From Acidobacteriota bacterium (lineage in GTDB: Bacteria > Acidobacteriota > UBA6911 > RPQK01 > JAJDTT01), in contig CBDCJH010000002.1 of NCBI GenBank assembly GCA_965217775.1, forward strand, positions 3,520,001 to 3,584,000: DNA of 64,000 bases, in the 5' to 3' direction. Every line of letters begins with the position of its first letter. The first letter of the stretch is position 1. The notes under the pieces were generated by a model. That model did no database searches, was not told where the DNA came from, and was given only the letters and a program-made list of their open reading frames with translations. A program made the position numbers and the translations under genes. This document shows positions 51,580 to 60,114 of this stretch, piece after piece.

Positions 51580-51737
51580 CAGCCCGTGGCAAAAGTCGTC
51601 ACGGCATTCGACCGTCCCTGCATCCCGGCGGACTGCGTTGCGACTCGGTCACATACACCCGGTATGCTCCCTCATCGCGCCTTGTCCGGCGGGCGCAGGA
51701 ACGGTCTCGGTGCTCGCGCGACTTTCACCACGGACTG
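51580..51737 (+). repeat. MITE family 1 copy with TTGA target duplication
   Basis: TTGA at 51576-51579 and 51738-51741. Confidence 0.88.
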
Positions 51738-51831
51738 TTGAAGCCGCCCGCACCCGTGGATACTCTAACAGCCCAAGTCAAAAGTCATCACGGTAGTCGA
51801 CCGGCCACCAATCCGGGCGGAACGCAAGGGA

Positions 51832-51858
51832 GGGCGGCCACACAAGGACCGCCCCTAC
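51832..51858 (-). repeat. GTAG-type REP
   Basis: Minus strand GTAGGGGCGGTCCTTGTGTGGCCGCCC. Confidence 0.55.
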
Positions 51859-51881
51859 GACCCCAGGAGTCCAGGATACCC

Positions 51882-53039
51882 ATGAAATTGAATCGACGAG
51901 AAATGATCCGAACCGCTGCCACCGTGACCTCCATCACGGCCCTCTCCACCGGCGGCCGCGCCCGGGCCGGCGCCGTCCGGGAAACTTCAGTCGTCAGCCT
52001 CCGTCCCCATCTCTATCACGGGTGGCCCACCGTGGCGTGGCGCTCCAGCGGCGAGCTGCTCCTGGTCTGCTCCGGAGGGCGGGAAGCCCACGTCTGCCCC
52101 TTCGGTTGGGTGGAGCTGATGCGCTCCCACGACCAGGGCGGGACCTGGACTTGGCCCCGGGTCCTGACGGACGGCCCCCTCGACGACCGGGACGCCGGCG
52201 TTCTGGAGACTCGCAAGGGAAGCCTGCTGGTCACCACTTTCACCTCGGTAGCTTACGAGGGCCCGTTGTCCAAGGCTCCGGCCGAGAGCCGGGGTAGCGG
52301 CGGGGCTTGGCCGGAAGAGAAGATGGCCCGCTGGCAAGCCGCCCACGCCCGGATCCCGGTCCACCGGCGGGAGGCCCTGTTGGGCGGGTGGATGCTCCGG
52401 TCCACCGACGGCGGCGACACCTGGTCGGCCCCCTACCGGGTCCCCGTCAACAGCCCCCACGGTCCCGTTCAGCTCTCCGACGGACGATTGCTCTACCCGG
52501 GAAAGCAGTTCGGGCACGGCGAGGGCCGGATCGGCGCCTGCGAATCCGCCGATGACGGCAAGAGTTGGCGCTGGGCCGGGGGGATTCCCACCCGTCCGGG
52601 AGACAGCCGGCACGACTATCACGAGCTGCACGGCATCGAAGCCGCCGACGGCACCCTCATCATCCAGATCCGGAACCACAACGACGCGAACGACCGGGAG
52701 ACCCTGCAATCGGAATCGGGCGACGGCGGCCGGACCTGGTCGGTGCCCCACCCCATCGGCGTCTGGGGCCTGCCCTCGCACCTGCTCCGGCTCCGGGACG
52801 ACCGGCTGGTCATGACCTACGGGTACCGGCGCCGGCCCTACGGCAACCAAGCCCGGGTGAGCACCGACAACGGCCGTTCCTGGTCCGAGCCCGTCACGCT
52901 CTCGGCGGACGGTCACTCGGGTGACCTGGGCTACCCCTCGACGGTCGAACTGAACGACGGGTCTCTGCTGAGCATCTGGTACGAGAAGCTGGCGAGTTCG
53001 CCCCGGGCGGTGCTGCGCCAGGCCCGCTGGTTGCTATAG
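51882..53039 (+). CDS. Tat-exported sialidase-like (BNR/Asp-box) protein
   Basis: NRREMI Tat motif; Asp boxes SHDQGGTW, STDGGDTW, SADDGKSW, SGDGGRTW, STDNGRSW; GYP. Confidence 0.85.
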   Translation: MKLNRREMIRTAATVTSITALSTGGRARAGAVRETSVVSLRPHLYHGWPTVAWRSSGELLLVCSGGREAHVCPFGWVELMRSHDQGGTWTWPRVLTDGPLDDRDAGVLETRKGSLLVTTFTSVAYEGPLSKAPAESRGSGGAWPEEKMARWQAAHARIPVHRREALLGGWMLRSTDGGDTWSAPYRVPVNSPHGPVQLSDGRLLYPGKQFGHGEGRIGACESADDGKSWRWAGGIPTRPGDSRHDYHELHGIEAADGTLIIQIRNHNDANDRETLQSESGDGGRTWSVPHPIGVWGLPSHLLRLRDDRLVMTYGYRRRPYGNQARVSTDNGRSWSEPVTLSADGHSGDLGYPSTVELNDGSLLSIWYEKLASSPRAVLRQARWLL

Positions 53040-54551
53040 CGCAACTCTCCCCCGTTGCCGCCGGTGCTGCCAGTAGCTGACGAGCGTCCCGGCGGAGAGG
53101 TCCACGGTCAGGGCGACCGGCGCCACCCACATGAAGCTGACCGGGTCCTCCCCGGTGACCGGATCCATGCCGAAGACGGGTCCCGAGAAGGCGGTCAACC
53201 CGGCGGCCAGAATGCCCAGAACCGTCCCCACCCAGACCCCCAGCGGCTGGGCGAAGGGAATGAAGAAGGCATAGACGAAGAGCCCGAAGATGGGCGCCAC
53301 CAGGAGAGACGACGTCTTGTTGCTGATCGCCCAGATGTTTCCGGGCACCTGCTCCAGGAAGGAGCTGCCCACCACGATGACGCCCCCGATGACGAAGGCC
53401 AGGACCTTGGCGATGCGGGTTCGCACCCGTTCGCTCTCGGGGAGCCTGCCGAAGCGCGCCAGGAAGTCCCTGCTGACGACCGCCGTGATGGAATTGACTC
53501 CGGAATCGATGCTGGACATGGCCGCGGCGAACATGGCGGAGACCACCAGTCCGGAAACGCCCGGCGGCAGCAGGTAGGCGATGTAGTAGGGGAAGACGTC
53601 GTCCCCGTTCCGGGTGAGCTCGATCCCTGCCGGCAGATTCCCGGGAAACTCCTGGAAGAATCCCAATAGGGCGAACCCCACCATCCAGAGAGATACGATG
53701 ATGACGACGTTCACGATCTGGTGGGTCAGGTAGGCCCGGCGGGCCGCACGGGCGTCCCGGGTCGCCATGAAGCGCTGGACCATGGTCTGGTCGCCTCCGG
53801 CGGTGCAGACGGTGAGGACGAAGACGTAGAAAATGGATCCGAGGATGCTGATCCGGACTCCGGGATCGAAGCTGAAAAGGGGTTGAACGTCCCAGTGCGG
53901 CTGCCAGCCGGTGGGAACCCAACTCAAGCCCCCCAACTTCCAGGTCACCAAACCGATGGCCAGGCAGGCGCCGCCCAACATGAGAAGCGTTTGGACGGTG
54001 TCGGTGATCACCACCGCGCGAAGACCTCCCAGAGAGGTGTAAAGAACCGCCACCAGCCCGGTCAGGAGGGTGACCAGCGGGATCCACGACTCGTCCACTC
54101 CCATCATGACGGTCATGGCCTTGGCCGACAGGTAGATCAGGAGCGACATCCAGATCAGGCGGACCAGGAGGAACAGCACCGATCCCAACAGCCGGACACC
54201 CAGACCCAGCCGCTCTTCCAGGAGCTCGTAGGCGCTGGTCACCCGGCTCCTCATGTAGACGGGAATGATGGCGTAGGCCACGATCAGGAAGGCGAAGGGA
54301 TAGGCCAGGAAGTTGAGCAGTCCCCCCGGCCCTTTGGAGATGGCTTCCCCGGGGACGGCCAGATAGGAGATCGTGCTCAGCAGCGTGGCGAACATGGAGA
54401 ACCCGATGAGAATCGGATTCATCCGGCCGCTGCCGGTAAAGTACTCCCGGGTCGTCTTCTGCCGGCGGCCGTAATAGTAGCCCAGGGCGACGGTTCCCAG
54501 GGCGTAGAGGATGATGATGGCCCAGTCGATGATCGTCAGTCCGCCCGGCAA
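53034..54551 (-). CDS. Sodium:solute symporter (SSS family)
   Basis: SMFATLLSTISYL, SAYELLEERLG, GGLRAVVITD, AAAMSSIDSGVNS. Confidence 0.9.
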   Translation of the reverse strand: MPGGLTIIDWAIIILYALGTVALGYYYGRRQKTTREYFTGSGRMNPILIGFSMFATLLSTISYLAVPGEAISKGPGGLLNFLAYPFAFLIVAYAIIPVYMRSRVTSAYELLEERLGLGVRLLGSVLFLLVRLIWMSLLIYLSAKAMTVMMGVDESWIPLVTLLTGLVAVLYTSLGGLRAVVITDTVQTLLMLGGACLAIGLVTWKLGGLSWVPTGWQPHWDVQPLFSFDPGVRISILGSIFYVFVLTVCTAGGDQTMVQRFMATRDARAARRAYLTHQIVNVVIIVSLWMVGFALLGFFQEFPGNLPAGIELTRNGDDVFPYYIAYLLPPGVSGLVVSAMFAAAMSSIDSGVNSITAVVSRDFLARFGRLPESERVRTRIAKVLAFVIGGVIVVGSSFLEQVPGNIWAISNKTSSLLVAPIFGLFVYAFFIPFAQPLGVWVGTVLGILAAGLTAFSGPVFGMDPVTGEDPVSFMWVAPVALTVDLSAGTLVSYWQHRRQRGRVAL

Positions 54552-54604
54552 GGCCTCCTCCTATCCCGCCGGACCTCGCGAGGAGCCTCCCGCGGCGCTG
54601 GAAT

Positions 54605-55192
54605 CTAGCGGTCGGAGAGCTTGCTTTCGATCAGGCTGACGACCGTGGGATCGTCGGGGCGCGTCCTGGGCTGGAATCGGGCCACGACGTTTCCGGACCG
54701 GTCCAGCACGAACTTCTCGAAGTTCCAGCTGATCTCGCCGGGCCCCTTGGGCGCGGCCGAGACGGACTTGAGGTACTTGTAGAGATCGGCCGCGCCGTCG
54801 CCGTTGACCTCGATCTTGGAGAACATGTCGAACTCGACTCCGTAGTTGGCGCTGCAGAACTTGCGGATCTCTTGGGCGCTGCCGGGTTCCTGGCCGTTGA
54901 ACTGGTTGCAGGGGAAACCCAGGATCGCCAAGCCCTGTCCGGAGTACTTCTCGTGCAGGTCCTGAAGCTGCTCGTATTGCGGCGTCAGTCCGCACTTGCT
55001 GGCCACGTTCACGATCATCACGACCTTGCCCTGGTACGAGCTCAGATCCACGTCCTTGCCGTCCAGGGATTTCAGGGTGAAGTCGAGAGCGGGCGTGGCC
55101 TTTTCGCCCCCCTCGAGGCTGACGGTTCCCGCCACCAGGAGTACCAGAACGAGACAGACAGCGGATGGAAACAGATCAGAGAGACTGGACAT
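54605..55192 (-). CDS. Glutathione peroxidase (Cys-type), exported
   Basis: VNVASKCGLTPQY, LGFPCNQF, WNFEKF. Confidence 0.93.
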   Translation of the reverse strand: MSSLSDLFPSAVCLVLVLLVAGTVSLEGGEKATPALDFTLKSLDGKDVDLSSYQGKVVMIVNVASKCGLTPQYEQLQDLHEKYSGQGLAILGFPCNQFNGQEPGSAQEIRKFCSANYGVEFDMFSKIEVNGDGAADLYKYLKSVSAAPKGPGEISWNFEKFVLDRSGNVVARFQPRTRPDDPTVVSLIESKLSDR

Positions 55193-55311
55193 GAGAGATC
55201 CTCCTCACAGCAACCCGGCGTCCACCGGAAATCTACACTTGGACCTCAGTTTAAGCTGATCAGGGGTGATAAATCCATACCAATTTTCGAGGGCAGGGAC
55301 GCCGTCCGTAT

Positions 55312-55605
55312 TCACGCAGACGCCTCAACCGGTGGTTCGATCATGCTGGTGTCTATAGAGGCGCGGGCCACGTCGAGATCGTACATCCGCTGCAGGTTCA
55401 GCCAGAATTCGGGGGTCATCCCCAAAGCCCGACCGATCCGTAGCGCCGTGTCCGCTGTAATGGACCTGCGGCAGTGGACAATGTCGTTAATGCGTATCGA
55501 GGGTATGCGCATCGCCTTCGCCAGACGGTATTGGCTGATACCGAGCTCTTCCAAAATCTCCGCCAGATGTTCTCCCGGATGGACGGGTGCGGCTGCGGTG
55601 GTCAT
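55312..55605 (-). CDS. higA: HigA-family antitoxin
   Basis: VHPGEHLAE, RINDIV..RSITADTALR, FWLNLQ..YDL. Confidence 0.9.
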   Translation of the reverse strand: MTTAAAPVHPGEHLAEILEELGISQYRLAKAMRIPSIRINDIVHCRRSITADTALRIGRALGMTPEFWLNLQRMYDLDVARASIDTSMIEPPVEASA

Positions 55606-55616
55606 CTGTTTTCTCC

Positions 55617-55745
55617 CTAACGATAGTCGACGAATTCGCTGCAACCATCCTCTGCAATCTCATATGCGCTTGACGCTGAATGTCAGGTGGCCAGACCGGA
55701 TCTGCTGCCGTTGAACAATCGCCCGGCGTCGCCGCTTGAATCGAC
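55617..55745 (-). pseudogene. HigB toxin remnant, internally deleted
   Basis: RLFNG / PPDIQRQAHMRL..AA (HigB N-terminus) joined directly to EFVDYR* (HigB C-terminal EIVDYH-like). Confidence 0.65.
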
Positions 55746-55817
55746 TCACCGCTCACTCATAATGACGACCCGGGCAAATTCCGTCACAATCGTAGACAGT
55801 GGCCTGCTCCGGTCGAC

Positions 55818-56222
55818 ATGGATGCCGCCATCGCAGCGATCGCACGGCGGGACGCCGTACGAATCCTGCCTGACGGCTTGGTGGCTGCGAACCAGCTCGG
55901 CCTTACCACCGTAGTTCCCGCCAAGGTCTGGTTCGTGACAGACGGTGCATCGCGAACCATCAAGATCGACGGCCGAACCGTGCGGTTTCGGCACGCGAGC
56001 CCGAGTGTCATGCGGTGGGCAGGAAAATCTTCGGCTCCGGTGGCTCAGGCGCTCCGGTGGCTGGGTCCTGACGCTGCCGCAGACGCTCGAGTCGTTTCAA
56101 TATTGAGACCATGTCTTCCCGACGACGTGAAGCGCAACTTGTGCCGAAACATCCGAGATTTGCCCGGCTGGGCGTTGCCACTTGTGCGTAACATCACGAG
56201 TGCCCAGGACGTTGCCCTATGA
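55818..56222 (+). pseudogene. DUF6088/AbiEi-like antitoxin, 5'-truncated
   Basis: AIARRD..AANQLGLTTVVPAK..TDGASRTI..QALRWLG; N-terminal HTH missing. Confidence 0.65.
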
Positions 56223-56598
56223 ACGGACTGAGTTCCGGGTTTCAGAGAACGTTGGATCATATCCGATCCATCGCTGATTCCGAAGCCCACAAGGGTCGCC
56301 TCTTCGAACGTCTGATGAAGACGTATTTTACCCAGGATCCCCACTACAAGGGTCGGTTCTCCCAGGTCTGGCTTTGGGTACGAGGTCAACGGCCGGACGC
56401 CGGTCGAGTGGTTCATCGACCGCTACGCAGATCAAGCGGGACAGAAGAAGCGGCCTCATCAACGATCCCAACGGTTGATTTGAGGATCCACGGGATTTGA
56501 TCTCCGCAATCCGGCGGATCGTCCAAGTCAGCGTGGAGACGGTTCGCATTGTGGCAGACTTGCCGGAGCCAATGTCCACGGAGCCGGATGTACAATGA
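56219..56598 (+). pseudogene. Type ISP restriction-modification/helicase remnant (both ends fused, middle deleted)
   Basis: KGRLFERLMKTYF..DP.Y..FSQVWLW joined to YEVNGRTPVEWFIDRY..SGLINDPN..IRRIVQVSVETVRIVADLP. Confidence 0.7.
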
Positions 56599-56620
56599 AA
56601 ACTGACTGGAGGACAAGGGC

Positions 56621-56869
56621 ATGACAAATACCGAGTTGTTGGCCCGCATTACTGCGCGCCCGGATGTCTTCGGCGGCAAACCCATCGTTCGCGACATGAG
56701 AGTCTCGGTGGAACTCGTTCTGAGCCTGTTGACACAGGGCGTCACGCCAGAGGCCATTTTGGAGGACTACCCTGGACTCGAGCCAGAAGACATTCGTGCG
56801 TGTACTGCATACGCCCACGCGGTGATATCCAAGGATTCGCTGTCCGCCGTATCCATCAGGCAGACGTGA
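56621..56869 (+). CDS. DUF433-family antitoxin
   Basis: RITARPDVFGGKPIVRDMRVSVE..ILEDYPGLEPEDIRAC. Confidence 0.9.
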   Translation: MTNTELLARITARPDVFGGKPIVRDMRVSVELVLSLLTQGVTPEAILEDYPGLEPEDIRACTAYAHAVISKDSLSAVSIRQT

Positions 56870-57222
56870 GGTTCCTTGTTGATCGTTGTGCCGGGCGCCG
56901 TCTGGCGGAATGGCTGCGCGGCCAAGGCCACGATGTTTTCGAGTCCCGTGAACTCAGCACCGATCCGGGTGATCGGGCTCTACTCGAACGTGCCGCCGCC
57001 GAACGCAGAATCCTGGTGACAATCGATACCGACTTCGGCGAACTCGTTTATGTGCATGCGGTACCGCACGCGGGACTGGTCCGACTCCCGGATGTGCCGG
57101 CGGAGCGACGCATCGCCTTGATGGCCGAGGTGCTTGAACGGCATCGGCGGGCACTGGAAATCCAGGCGGTTGTCACGATACGTGGTGATCGGATTCGGGT
57201 CTCACAGCCGCCAGCATCATAG
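56866..57222 (+). CDS. DUF5615 PIN-like toxin
   Basis: MRFLVD..LAEWLRGQGHDV..D..RILVTIDTDFGEL; GTGA overlap with DUF433. Confidence 0.85.
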   Translation: MRFLVDRCAGRRLAEWLRGQGHDVFESRELSTDPGDRALLERAAAERRILVTIDTDFGELVYVHAVPHAGLVRLPDVPAERRIALMAEVLERHRRALEIQAVVTIRGDRIRVSQPPAS

Positions 57223-57227
57223 AAACA

Positions 57228-57422
57228 TTGGAGCTTACAGGTTTAGTTGCCAAATACAGGGAACTCCTAGCCCCATTGGGTTCGGTGAGCCTCTCCGTGA
57301 TTCGGACCTTCATGCGCCTCTTGGCCCGAAAGAAGCATCCGAAGGGACATGAGCCCTGCCCTTGCAGGAGCGGAAAAAGATTACGCGACTGCCATCGGTC
57401 CTTCCTGATGGACTTGAGATAG
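57228..57422 (+). pseudogene. SEC-C motif-containing gene fragment
   Basis: KGHEPCPCRSGKRLRDCH. Confidence 0.55.
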
Positions 57423-57632
57423 ACGATTGATCCACAACACGCGAAGTGGGATAGCCAACGACTGCAGTACTGCCGACGAGGGGACGCGGCTTGATCGATG
57501 TGATTACTCCAAAGGTTTTCTGCTCTTCCTGTGGGGATCCCAGCAACTTCGACTCGATGAGGGTCCTGCAAAGTGACTCTGCATTGCAGCAGAGTCACTA
57601 CGATGAGAAATACCCCTATTCGGAGACCGCCT

Positions 57633-57875
57633 ATGAAAAAAACGCCGGATTATCAGGGTATCGCCAAGGTGTTCCGGAGCGGTCGGAGTCAGGCCGTCCG
57701 GTTACCGGCTGCCTGTCGACTCGATGTCTCCGAGGTCGAGGTGGTCAAGGAGGGGGATCGACTCACACTGCGTCCCCGAGGCAAGAATTGGAGCGCCTGT
57801 TTCGAATCGGACTCGCGGGGGTCGTTGCCAACACGCCGCGAGCCTCCACTCGATGCTCGGGATGAACTGTGCTGA
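57633..57875 (+). CDS. VapB/VagC (AbrB-fold) antitoxin, orphan
   Basis: AKVFRSGRSQAVRLP..EVEVVKEGDRLTLRP; followed only by a GTG CTG ATG TAA ATG TTG GAT stub resembling a VapC start. Confidence 0.8.
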   Translation: MKKTPDYQGIAKVFRSGRSQAVRLPAACRLDVSEVEVVKEGDRLTLRPRGKNWSACFESDSRGSLPTRREPPLDARDELC

Positions 57876-58015
57876 TGTAAATGTTGGATCCTCCTGTTTT
57901 CAATGACTTCAGGTGTCTCCGCTTCATTTCTTGTGAAGTCCCAAGCCGCTAAGACACTGATCACACTGAGCACCATCCCCTGTTTTCCCTCCGGCAACCC
58001 GGCTATCCTTGCGCC

Positions 58016-59119
58016 ATGGGCAAACCACTGATCGTCGACCTGCATCTGGACTTGGCCTGGGACGCGCTCTACTGGAATCGGGACCTGACTCTGACGGCTG
58101 AACAGGTCCGGGAGCAGGAACGGCGGGAACCTCCCCAAGTCGCTCCCGGTCACACTTGCGGGACCTGCACCACCACCTTTCCCGAACTCCGCCAGGGTGG
58201 CGTCGGCGTCATCCTCAGCACCATCATGTCCCGGGTCCAGATTCGATCGGGGCGCATGAAGGACGGCCTGCGGACCCAGGAACAGTGCATCGGCATGGGA
58301 CGGGGACACTTGGCCTACTACCAGGCCATGGCCCGCCGGGGCCAGCTCAAGCCGGTCCACCGCTGGGCCGACCTGGAAGAGGCCATTGAGGCGTGGAAGG
58401 ATCCGAAGCCGGACACGCCCCTCTACCACGTCCTTTCCATGGAGAGCGCGGACCCCATCGCCGACCCCGACGACGTGGAGTTTTGGTGGGATGCCGGACT
58501 GCGCGTGGTGGGTCCCGCCCACTTCGGCGACAACACCTATATCCACGGCACCGGCACCGAGGGGGGACTCAAGGCTCCCGCCCCGGCGCTCTACCGGGCC
58601 CTGCGTGAGGCCGGGATCATCCTGGACATCACCCACATGGCCGACCAGGCCGTCTGGGAGTCCCTGGAGATCTGGGACGGTCCCATCTGTGCCACCCATT
58701 GCTCCGCCCGGGCCCTGATCAAGGGCCAGCGTCATCTCACCGACGACATGATCCGCGAGGTGATCCGGCGGGGTGGAGTCATCGGCATGGTCTTCTGCCA
58801 GAGCTTCATCGACCCGGCCATCGAATGGGGAAGCCGGCCGGCCATCAACGGCTGCGGGGGCAAGTACGGCATGGACGGATTCATCCCCATCATCGAGCAT
58901 ATCGGCGATCTGGCCGGAGGCTCGCTGGAGAACGTCGCCGTCGGGACCGACATGGACGGCGGATTCGGAGCCGAGATGACGCCCAAGGACGTGGACACCA
59001 TGGCGGACGTCGCCAATTTCGCCAACGTCCTGTCCGATGCCGGCTATCGTGCGGAAGACGTCGACGGGATTCTCAGCGGCAACGCCCTGAGGCTCTTCCA
59101 TCGGGTCTGGAGTTCCTGA
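58016..59119 (+). CDS. Membrane dipeptidase (M19 family)
   Basis: VDLHLD, SMESAD, ILDITH, ATHC, RHLTD, GTDMDG. Confidence 0.88.
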   Translation: MGKPLIVDLHLDLAWDALYWNRDLTLTAEQVREQERREPPQVAPGHTCGTCTTTFPELRQGGVGVILSTIMSRVQIRSGRMKDGLRTQEQCIGMGRGHLAYYQAMARRGQLKPVHRWADLEEAIEAWKDPKPDTPLYHVLSMESADPIADPDDVEFWWDAGLRVVGPAHFGDNTYIHGTGTEGGLKAPAPALYRALREAGIILDITHMADQAVWESLEIWDGPICATHCSARALIKGQRHLTDDMIREVIRRGGVIGMVFCQSFIDPAIEWGSRPAINGCGGKYGMDGFIPIIEHIGDLAGGSLENVAVGTDMDGGFGAEMTPKDVDTMADVANFANVLSDAGYRAEDVDGILSGNALRLFHRVWSS

Positions 59120-59130
59120 ACCGGGTTCAA

Positions 59131-59227
59131 CAGCCCGTGGCAAAAGTCGTCACGGCATTCGACCGTCCCTGCATCCCGGCGGGCGCAGGAACGGTCTCGG
59201 TGCTCGCGCGACTTTCACCACGGACTG
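59131..59227 (+). repeat. MITE family 1 copy, internally deleted, TCAA target duplication
   Basis: TCAA at 59127-59130 and 59228-59231; 61 bp lost between CCGGCGG repeats. Confidence 0.85.
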
Positions 59228-59989
59228 TCAATATTCGATCTTCACCCAGTCGAACATGATCAGACCCTTGGGCAGGCGGTCCTGATCCACGGGGTAGTCG
59301 ACCCCCGCCCGGGGGGTGTGAAGGTCCGTCACGGTTTCCTCGAGCGGCACGATCTCCAGCGGGAACAGGACGAAGATGAGGTCGATGTTGACGTCCTCCA
59401 ACACCTTCCCGATTTCGTCGCAGCCGTAGAGCCCGGTCCGGTCGTGACGCGAACCCAGGCAGGTCCACTGGCCGGGATCCGGCGCCAAGGTCACGGTCTG
59501 CTCGCTCCATTCCCGGGTGACCCGGAAGGGCTGTCCGGTCAGGACCATGTTGGCCGTGGTCTTGTCGGTCTCGGATTGGGCCAGCAGCAGAAGCTCGGCT
59601 CCCCGGGCCTGCAACTCTCCCCGCAGGCGGACCGTCATCCGGGCGTTGGTGAGACGGGTGGAGTAGCCCCGATCCACGAACGAGTTGTTGGTGTAGGGCA
59701 GGCGTGTGGCCGCCGTCGGATGCTGGTACCACCTCCCGTCAGTGTACAACCACATCACCAGGTGGAGATATCCCGCCCCGGGCGGGGCGTGGTTGGAATC
59801 CAGAAACCAGGGTCCGTGACAATAGGCCACGCCGTCCCAGACCGGCAGCGCGTAGTGCCGGTCGGCGTACCAGCCGCCATTTCCGTGGTCGAAGTCTTCC
59901 AGGTAGACGCGGGGGTCTGCAACCTGTCCCGGGCCGCAGCCCGTCAGGACCACCACACATCCAGTCAGCAAGAGTTCTCTCATTCTCAT
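59228..59989 (-). CDS. Hypothetical lipoprotein
   Basis: LTGC lipobox; host codon usage. Confidence 0.7.
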   Translation of the reverse strand: MRMRELLLTGCVVVLTGCGPGQVADPRVYLEDFDHGNGGWYADRHYALPVWDGVAYCHGPWFLDSNHAPPGAGYLHLVMWLYTDGRWYQHPTAATRLPYTNNSFVDRGYSTRLTNARMTVRLRGELQARGAELLLLAQSETDKTTANMVLTGQPFRVTREWSEQTVTLAPDPGQWTCLGSRHDRTGLYGCDEIGKVLEDVNIDLIFVLFPLEIVPLEETVTDLHTPRAGVDYPVDQDRLPKGLIMFDWVKIEY

Positions 59990-60003
59990 TGGAAATTCCC
60001 CCA

Positions 60004-60113
60004 GGGAGGGCGACTCCTGGTCGCTCCTCCCGCGGTTGCCACGCCGGAGTGCGGAGGGGGACTACCGTCCCCCCTACGATCCCAACAGGGCGACAAGAAA
60101 GTCGCCCCTCCTA
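60004..60113. repeat. Cluster of three REP-like palindromes
   Basis: GGGAGGGCGAC..GTCGCTCCTCCC; AGGGGGAC..GTCCCCC; GGGCGAC..GTCGCCC. Confidence 0.55.
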
Positions 60114-60114
60114 T

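Noticed and set aside
54605-55192. Selenoprotein glutathione peroxidase
   Set aside because: The active-site codon is TGC (Cys), not TGA
55312-57900. Integron cassette array
   Set aside because: No attC-like RYYYAAC...GTTRRRY structures between genes and no IntI found by eye
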